This document shows positions 36,993-42,468 of a DNA stretch of 42,468 nt, in pieces; position 1 is the first letter of the stretch, and the number at the start of each line of letters is the position of its first letter. Origin of the DNA: Wenzhouxiangellaceae bacterium (GTDB taxonomy: Bacteria; Pseudomonadota; Gammaproteobacteria; Xanthomonadales; Wenzhouxiangellaceae). The position numbers and the translations under genes were made by a program. The notes under the pieces are model-generated. The model saw only the letters and a program-made list of their open reading frames with translations, had not been told where the DNA came from and searched no databases. Location of the stretch: positions 1 to 42,468 of the forward strand of contig DATGCS010000265.1 in the NCBI GenBank assembly GCA_035311685.1, given 5' to 3'.

Positions 36993-38904
36993 CCGTGTCG
37001 CTACTTCCCAGGTCGGTCTGAAGAAAATCCTGGAGCTCCGGCAGCAGCGGCGTCGCGGCGCGGCGGGAAAGAACACTGCGCCCAGCACGCTGATCGAGCT
37101 GAGCGCCGCGAATGCTGCGGTACTTGCTTTCGGTCAGGTTGTCCATCAGCTGCTGGTCATGAAGAATGCGAGGCCGTATGAATACCATGAGATTGCGCTT
37201 GACCTGGTTGGTCGAACGATAGGTGAACAGTTCACCGAAAAGCGGGATTCTGCTCAGGCCGGGAACGCGCTCGACCGACTCATTGAGATCGTCGCTGATC
37301 AGCCCGCCCAGCACCAGCATCGAGCCGTCGGGCACCATGACGCGGGTCGAGATCGTGCGCTTGTTGGTGATCAGATCCACTGCACCGGCGATGGGTGCGA
37401 GCGAAGAGACTTCCTGCTCGATCGCGAGCATTATGGTGTCGCCTTCATTGATATGCGGCGTGACCCGCAGTTTGAGCCCAACCTCCTCTCGCTGAATGGT
37501 CTGAAACGGATTGACCTGGCCTTCGGCCGTCGAGATACCCTCGGACAGAAAACTGCCGGACAGGAACGGAACTTCCTGGCCAACGTTGATGCTCGCAGCA
37601 TGATTGTCCATGGTCACGATCGACGGCGTGGACAGCACGTTGGTGTTGCCGTCGGTCGCCAGCGCCTGGGCCAGTGCGCCGATTTCAAGCAACTCGATGC
37701 CGAGCAGACTGGTGGTTCCATCGACATAGCCCAGATTGAGTCCGCCGCCCGGGAGCACCGTGGCGCCGTCTTCTCCGCCGGCCAGGCCCGCGCTCAAATT
37801 GAGGATGTTACGGCCGCCGGACTGAAAATTGGTACCGCCGAAAAAGCCCGAATCGCCGGACTCGAAGAACTGCCACTGGATGCCTAGATCCTGGCCGGTA
37901 TCGGCCGCGACCTCGGCGATGATCGCCTCGACAAGCACCTGGGCCCGGCGGATGTCGAGCTGGTCGATGATCGATCGAATTTCCCGATATACCGCCGGCG
38001 GCGCGGAAATCACCACCGAGTTGGTCTCTTCATGGGCGTTGATGCGTACCCGCTGGCGCTGCCCTTCGCCCACATCGTCGACCAGGCTCTCAAGTACCGG
38101 CACCAATGATTGTGCGTTGGCGTATCGAAGATAGACGACGCGCGAGCCGCCACCCTCGGTCAGCGGCGTATCGAGATGGCTGATCAGCGTGCGCAGCCGG
38201 ACGCGCTGGCCGGAATCCCCGCGCAACACGATCGAGTTCGAACGGGTGTCGGGAATTGCCAGCGGCTGTTCCGATCCGGAATAAATCTGGTTGGCAATCT
38301 CGGCCACTTCCTCGGCATCGGCGTGGCTCAACGCCAGTACTTCGGCACCATTTTCGGAAGCCGCGTCCAGTCGCCCGATGACGGCCTGAAGGCGCCTGAC
38401 GCCGGCGGCCCTGTCGCTGACCAGCAGCGAATTGGAGGATTCGTGGGCCGCCAGGTAAGCCGACTGCGGCACGAGCGATCGCAGCATCGGAAGTACCTCG
38501 GCCGCGCGCACGTGCTCAAGCGGAATGAGACGGGTAACCTGGTCCTGGCGACCCGCCGCACCGTTGACGACGTCGCTACCGAAACGGGCCGTAGCATCCG
38601 GCACGACACGCGTGACCGAACCGTCTTCGACCGCGCTATAACCATGTACCGCAAGAATCGACAAGAACACGTCGTAGACCGAATCGGCCGCAAGCTCCTC
38701 GCTCGAAATGACTGTGATCTGTCCGCTGACGGCGGGATCGATCACGATGTTACGCCCTGTGATGTCGGCTACGGTGGTGATCAAGGAGCGGATGTCGGCG
38801 TTCTGGAAATTGAGCAGGTGCGTTTCGCTTTGCTGGGCGTGGAGCCCGGAACCGGCCATGCCGAGTATCAGCGCTGCGACCGCCATGATTTGATTGAATT
38901 TCAT
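36982..38904 (-). CDS. gspD: Type II secretion secretin GspD
   Basis: LNFQNADI N0 domain, LDIRRAQVLVEAIIAEV, VGQEVPF, VPGLSRIPLFGELF and NLMVFIRP. Confidence 0.95.
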   Translation of the reverse strand: MKFNQIMAVAALILGMAGSGLHAQQSETHLLNFQNADIRSLITTVADITGRNIVIDPAVSGQITVISSEELAADSVYDVFLSILAVHGYSAVEDGSVTRVVPDATARFGSDVVNGAAGRQDQVTRLIPLEHVRAAEVLPMLRSLVPQSAYLAAHESSNSLLVSDRAAGVRRLQAVIGRLDAASENGAEVLALSHADAEEVAEIANQIYSGSEQPLAIPDTRSNSIVLRGDSGQRVRLRTLISHLDTPLTEGGGSRVVYLRYANAQSLVPVLESLVDDVGEGQRQRVRINAHEETNSVVISAPPAVYREIRSIIDQLDIRRAQVLVEAIIAEVAADTGQDLGIQWQFFESGDSGFFGGTNFQSGGRNILNLSAGLAGGEDGATVLPGGGLNLGYVDGTTSLLGIELLEIGALAQALATDGNTNVLSTPSIVTMDNHAASINVGQEVPFLSGSFLSEGISTAEGQVNPFQTIQREEVGLKLRVTPHINEGDTIMLAIEQEVSSLAPIAGAVDLITNKRTISTRVMVPDGSMLVLGGLISDDLNESVERVPGLSRIPLFGELFTYRSTNQVKRNLMVFIRPRILHDQQLMDNLTESKYRSIRGAQLDQRAGRSVLSRRAATPLLPELQDFLQTDLGSSDTDER

Positions 38905-38983
38905 TCGTTGTTGGCTCCGCTCTTTAAGATTTAAACCAGGTTCATTACCAATGCATGAATAAGGGAGACCCGGCCCTGATTGC

Positions 38984-39826
38984 TCATCTCTGTCCGGCTT
39001 CGCCCAGCATCGACAGGTCGGGTGTCAGGACAAGCTGACGTTCGCCGCGCCGAACCGTGATGGCCAGCGGTTCGCCTGGACGAAACGATCCGAATACAGC
39101 GCGCACATCGGACTGATTGTCGACCGGCTGACCGTTGATCGCCAGCACAATGTCGTTGGCATGAAATCCCAATTGGGTAAAGATCGCCGCATCGCGCCCG
39201 GCCCGCACCCGAAAGCCGCCGCCGGCGACCGGCAGAATGGTAATCCGTCGTGCAAGCTCATCTGGATCCAGCCTGAACTCCGAAGTCATCGAGGCCAACG
39301 AACCGATCCCGACGCCGGTAGCCAGGCCGTCCCGCCCGCGCGGCTCCGCCTGTGCTCGCGACGCCGTGGAAGGGGCCGTCGAAGTGCCCGATCCGGGAAG
39401 TTCGAGGGCCTCGCGAGTCGCGTTGCGCTCGAGCACAACACGGCGCGGCTCGATAGTGACGACCTCGGCGTCGCCCGGCACGGTGTCGCCGGCACGGTAC
39501 ACGCCTTCATTGCCTTCCGCGTCCACGATGATTGCGTAGCCCCTTTCACCGGTCACCACACCTCGCAGTCTCAGCGAAAGCGGGGTCGCCGGAAGCACTT
39601 GCGCGAATCCGTAATCGGGCTCGGTCGGGTCACCGAACATCCGCCAGTCGGTTGCAGGAAGCGTGCTGACACGCTCGGAAGAGGGTGAAAACGGGATGGG
39701 CTGAAATTCGACGTCCACGCCGTCTATGAGCACGACACCTATCCGCGTTAAAAGCAGGACGCAGACGGCGATCAGCAGCCAGCTGGCCGCGCGCGATAGA
39801 TCAAGTCGATTCAACGAGGCAATCAT
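38984..39826 (-). CDS. gspC: Type II secretion protein GspC (TM, HR and PDZ domains)
   Basis: Start set at MIASLNRL. One TM segment, TPLSLRLRGV...YRAGD HR domain, GFHANDIVLAING...VRRG PDZ domain. Confidence 0.88.
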   Translation of the reverse strand: MIASLNRLDLSRAASWLLIAVCVLLLTRIGVVLIDGVDVEFQPIPFSPSSERVSTLPATDWRMFGDPTEPDYGFAQVLPATPLSLRLRGVVTGERGYAIIVDAEGNEGVYRAGDTVPGDAEVVTIEPRRVVLERNATREALELPGSGTSTAPSTASRAQAEPRGRDGLATGVGIGSLASMTSEFRLDPDELARRITILPVAGGGFRVRAGRDAAIFTQLGFHANDIVLAINGQPVDNQSDVRAVFGSFRPGEPLAITVRRGERQLVLTPDLSMLGEAGQR

Positions 39827-39914
39827 GCTGCGAAAGAGGTCATTGTCAGAGAATGCCGCAGGCCGACCACGGCCTGCCAGATTAGCACAGGGAATCTGCG
39901 GCGGGCACGCCGGT

Positions 39915-41252
39915 TCAACCGCGCCGTCGGCGGCCGCCGGAGCCTTGACCGCCCCTTCCCTTTCCGCCCCGGGCGCTCGCGGGGCGGCCCTGATTCCCGG
40001 TCGACGGCTTGGCTTTCTCGAGCTTGGGCAAAGCGTCGGCATCGTGGCCGATCAATTCGATCGGCTGATCGATATAGGCCTCGATTTCCGGCAAGTGGAA
40101 TGCGTAGTCCTCGCAGGCAAAGCTTATGGCCTCGCCGGTCGCGCCCAGTCGGGCCGTGCGACCGATGCGGTGTACATAGTCGGCTGCTTCCTGGGGCAGG
40201 TCGAAATTGATCACGTGGCTGACGTCCGGAATGTGCAGGCCGCGGGCGGCCACGTCGGTCGCCACGAGAATCGGAAGTTCGCCGGCGTGAAAACGCTGCA
40301 ACAGCCTCTGGCGTTTCTTTTGCGGCACCGATCCGGCCAGCATTGCCGAATCGAAGCCGTTGCCCTGCAGCATCCGGTCGACCAGGTCGGCGGCGCGCCG
40401 CGTGTTGACGAACACGATCACGTGACCGTCGACCATTTCCCGCAGCAGCTTGATCAGCAGCGGCAGCTTCTCGCGGTTCGACGGGTAGTAGACGACCTGG
40501 CTCACGCGCTCTGTCGTCTTGTGATCTTCGTCGATGCGAATCGTCTCGGCGTCTTTCATGTGCTCGTACGCCAGCTCGGTGACCTTCAGCGGGAAAGTGG
40601 CCGAAAACATCAGGCACTGGCGTTTGTCGACCGGGGGCATTGCGCGGAACAGATAGCGGATGTCGCCGATGAAACCCAGATCGAACATCCGGTCAGCTTC
40701 GTCGAGCACCGCAACACGAATGTGCTTGAGATTGAATACGTTCTGCTTGAAGTAGTCGATCACCCGGCCCGGGGTTCCGATCAACACGTCGACGCCTTCG
40801 GTGAGCCGGTCGCGCTGCTTCTGATAGTCCACGCCCCCGTAAGCCAGTCCAAACCTGAGTCCCGTATGCGATCCCAGCAACAAAGCGTCCCGGTGAATCT
40901 GGATCGCCAGTTCACGGGTCGGTGCGATAACGATCGAGCGTGGATTGTGCCCGGCGCCGGCCGGATCCGGATCCGCGAGCAGTTTCTTGAAGATCGCCAG
41001 CAGAAACGCCGCGGTCTTGCCTGTACCGGTTCGCGCCTGCCCGGCCACGTCTCGACCGGACAATGCCAGCGGCAGCGTATCGGCCTGGATGGGAGTGCAT
41101 TTTTCAAAACCGGCGTCGCGCAGACCCGCCGAGATTGCCTCCGGCAGTTGGAAGGTGTCGAAACTGACATCGCTCAATACACGGTCGTGATGTTCGGTCG
41201 GAACCGGCTGGCCGGAAGAATCATGCTCGGATCGGATATCTGTATCGCTCAC
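39915..41252 (-). CDS. rhlB: DEAD-box RNA helicase RhlB
   Basis: TGTGKT, APTRELA, LDEADRMFDLGF, FSAT and YVHRIGRT; divergent from trxA-rho. GTG start inferred. Confidence 0.9.
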   Translation of the reverse strand: MSDTDIRSEHDSSGQPVPTEHHDRVLSDVSFDTFQLPEAISAGLRDAGFEKCTPIQADTLPLALSGRDVAGQARTGTGKTAAFLLAIFKKLLADPDPAGAGHNPRSIVIAPTRELAIQIHRDALLLGSHTGLRFGLAYGGVDYQKQRDRLTEGVDVLIGTPGRVIDYFKQNVFNLKHIRVAVLDEADRMFDLGFIGDIRYLFRAMPPVDKRQCLMFSATFPLKVTELAYEHMKDAETIRIDEDHKTTERVSQVVYYPSNREKLPLLIKLLREMVDGHVIVFVNTRRAADLVDRMLQGNGFDSAMLAGSVPQKKRQRLLQRFHAGELPILVATDVAARGLHIPDVSHVINFDLPQEAADYVHRIGRTARLGATGEAISFACEDYAFHLPEIEAYIDQPIELIGHDADALPKLEKAKPSTGNQGRPASARGGKGRGGQGSGGRRRRG

Positions 41253-41485
41253 GCAGTAGTAAACCTGGAATGGGAGGAGAATTCGGGCCTGAACGGAGTT
41301 CATGCCGGGATTTCTGGCATCGGCCTGCTTGAAATGGCGTTGCGTGGCCCGGATGTACCGGAAAACGACATCGACAGCCAGCAGGTCTGGCTTTTACAGT
41401 ATTCTAGCATTCTCCGGAAGCGCAAGCCTGTACACCGAGTTCCGGTCCCAATTCCCAAATTCGCAATTCCCGAGGAGAAATCAAC

Positions 41486-41815
41486 GTGTCCGAAAATATC
41501 ACGCACGTATCCGACGCATCATTCGAACAGGACGTGATCAACGCCGGTCAACCGGTACTGGTGGACTACTGGGCGGAATGGTGCGGCCCATGCAAGATGA
41601 TCGATCCTTTGCTGCACGAACTGGCCGATGAATACGAAGGCAAGATCAAGATTGCCAAGGTCAATATCGATGAAAATCAGCAAATTACCAGCCAGTTCAA
41701 GATTCGCGGCATTCCCACGCTGATGGTGTTCAGCGATGGCAAGGTCCAGGGCATGAAGGTTGGCGCAGTCACCAAGGGCGTGCTCAAGGACTTCATCGAA
41801 GAGCATATACAGTAA
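41486..41815 (+). CDS. trxA: Thioredoxin
   Basis: WAEWCGPCK and IRGIPTL; GAGGAG RBS with GTG start. Confidence 0.98.
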   Translation: MSENITHVSDASFEQDVINAGQPVLVDYWAEWCGPCKMIDPLLHELADEYEGKIKIAKVNIDENQQITSQFKIRGIPTLMVFSDGKVQGMKVGAVTKGVLKDFIEEHIQ

Positions 41816-41945
41816 GGCCGGACCGACGCGGCGCCGCGCCATCGCGCCGGCTCGCCGCCACCCCACTCGACTGAAAAGGGGCAGGATTTTCGACGGGATA
41901 CGCTGAACTATCCGGCGCCGGGTACTGGACGGCGTGGAACGAAAG

Positions 41946-41954
41946 TGGTAGTCT
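41946..41954 (+). promoter_or_regulatory. Extended -10 element upstream of the rho leader
   Basis: TGgTAGTCT about 180 nt before the rho ATG. Confidence 0.4.
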
Positions 41955-42135
41955 TCCGAAATCCCTTGCGGGCAACCGCCCGTTGCAGCAGTATCAGTAT
42001 CAGATTCCCTAGCATTTCGGGACCAACTGGAAAGCATTTCCGCTCGCATCGCCGAGCCGAGCGCGCCAATGTTGCGCGCACGAGCCAGGGTGCAGCACTC
42101 CGTTCAAATCCAGTCATTTCAAGGTAAACCGTTCG

Positions 42136-42468
42136 ATGAATCTTACCGACTTGAAGAAGAAGTCCGTCCAGGACCTGATCGAAATGGCCAATGAACTCGG
42201 TATCGAGAACATTGGCAGATCGCGCAAGCAGGATGTCATATTCGCCATCCTCAAGGCGCGGGCGAAGAAGAAGGAACCCATTTACGGCGACGGCGTGCTG
42301 GAAATTCTCCAGGACGGCTTCGGTTTTCTGCGCTCTTCGCTCGGTTCATACATGGCCGGGCCCGATGATATCTACGTCTCGCCGAGCCAGATTCGACGCT
42401 TCAATCTGCGCACCGGCGACATGATTTCGGGCAAGATCCGGCCACCCAAGGAGTCGGAGCGCTACTTC
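42136..42468 (+). CDS. rho: Transcription termination factor Rho (3' partial; absent from the ORF track)
   Basis: Manual translation gives [10 protein letters not shown]...[11 protein letters not shown]...[15 protein letters not shown]...[19 protein letters not shown]...[10 protein letters not shown]. Confidence 0.98.
   Translation, partial: MNLTDLKKKSVQDLIEMANELGIENIGRSRKQDVIFAILKARAKKKEPIYGDGVLEILQDGFGFLRSSLGSYMAGPDDIYVSPSQIRRFNLRTGDMISGKIRPPKESERYF

Noticed and set aside
35998-37887. 629-aa + strand ORF
   Set aside because: Ser/Arg-rich antisense shadow of gspE and gspD.
41448-41469. Three imperfect CAATTC repeats before the trxA RBS
   Set aside because: Too short and irregular (7/8/7 nt) to call a repeat element or operator.
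39726-41537. 603-aa + strand ORF
   Set aside because: Antisense shadow of rhlB.
42191-42424. 77-aa ORF in the track
   Set aside because: Out-of-frame overlap with rho, which starts at 42136 and runs off the window.
1-42468. CRISPR arrays, tRNA/rRNA, IS elements, prophage or anti-phage defence genes
   Set aside because: No spaced direct repeats, cloverleaf, transposase/integrase or defence-type motifs were seen by eye; short ncRNAs cannot be excluded without a covariance search.

Overview
High-GC (roughly 65% by eye) chromosomal window from a gammaproteobacterium. The gene order (rhlB-trxA-rho; rpoE-rseABC-degP-lepA-lepB-DUF4845-rnc-era-recO-pdxJ; rlmD-nagZ-hpt-MTA/MTI phosphorylase) suggests a Xanthomonadales/Wenzhouxiangella-like lineage; this is an inference. 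The right two-thirds is largely core genome with a split T2SS (gspCDE only) sitting directly upstream of rpoE. The left ~16 kb is more accessory: the 3' end of metH, an MddA-like thiol methyltransferase with a hydrolase-LuxR regulator and sodC, an HhH-like protein, a DUF885 protein, a porin with a PHO-box-like promoter, an SMR pump, a TonB-dependent receptor, a stand-alone LexA-boxed dnaE2, an isolated HMG-CoA synthase and an orphan receiver-like protein. Main candidates for follow-up: (1) a kinase-less 'headless BarA/GacS' REC-HPt protein at the barA-syntenic position, separated from a divergent gene by an 18-bp putative bidirectional leaderless promoter; (2) dnaE2 without imuAB, carrying an in-frame REP-like palindrome insertion; (3) a solitary mvaS; (4) the sodC-regulator-mddA module next to metH. 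No rRNA, tRNA, CRISPR array, transposase or prophage gene was seen. All family assignments come from motif recognition, not database searches.
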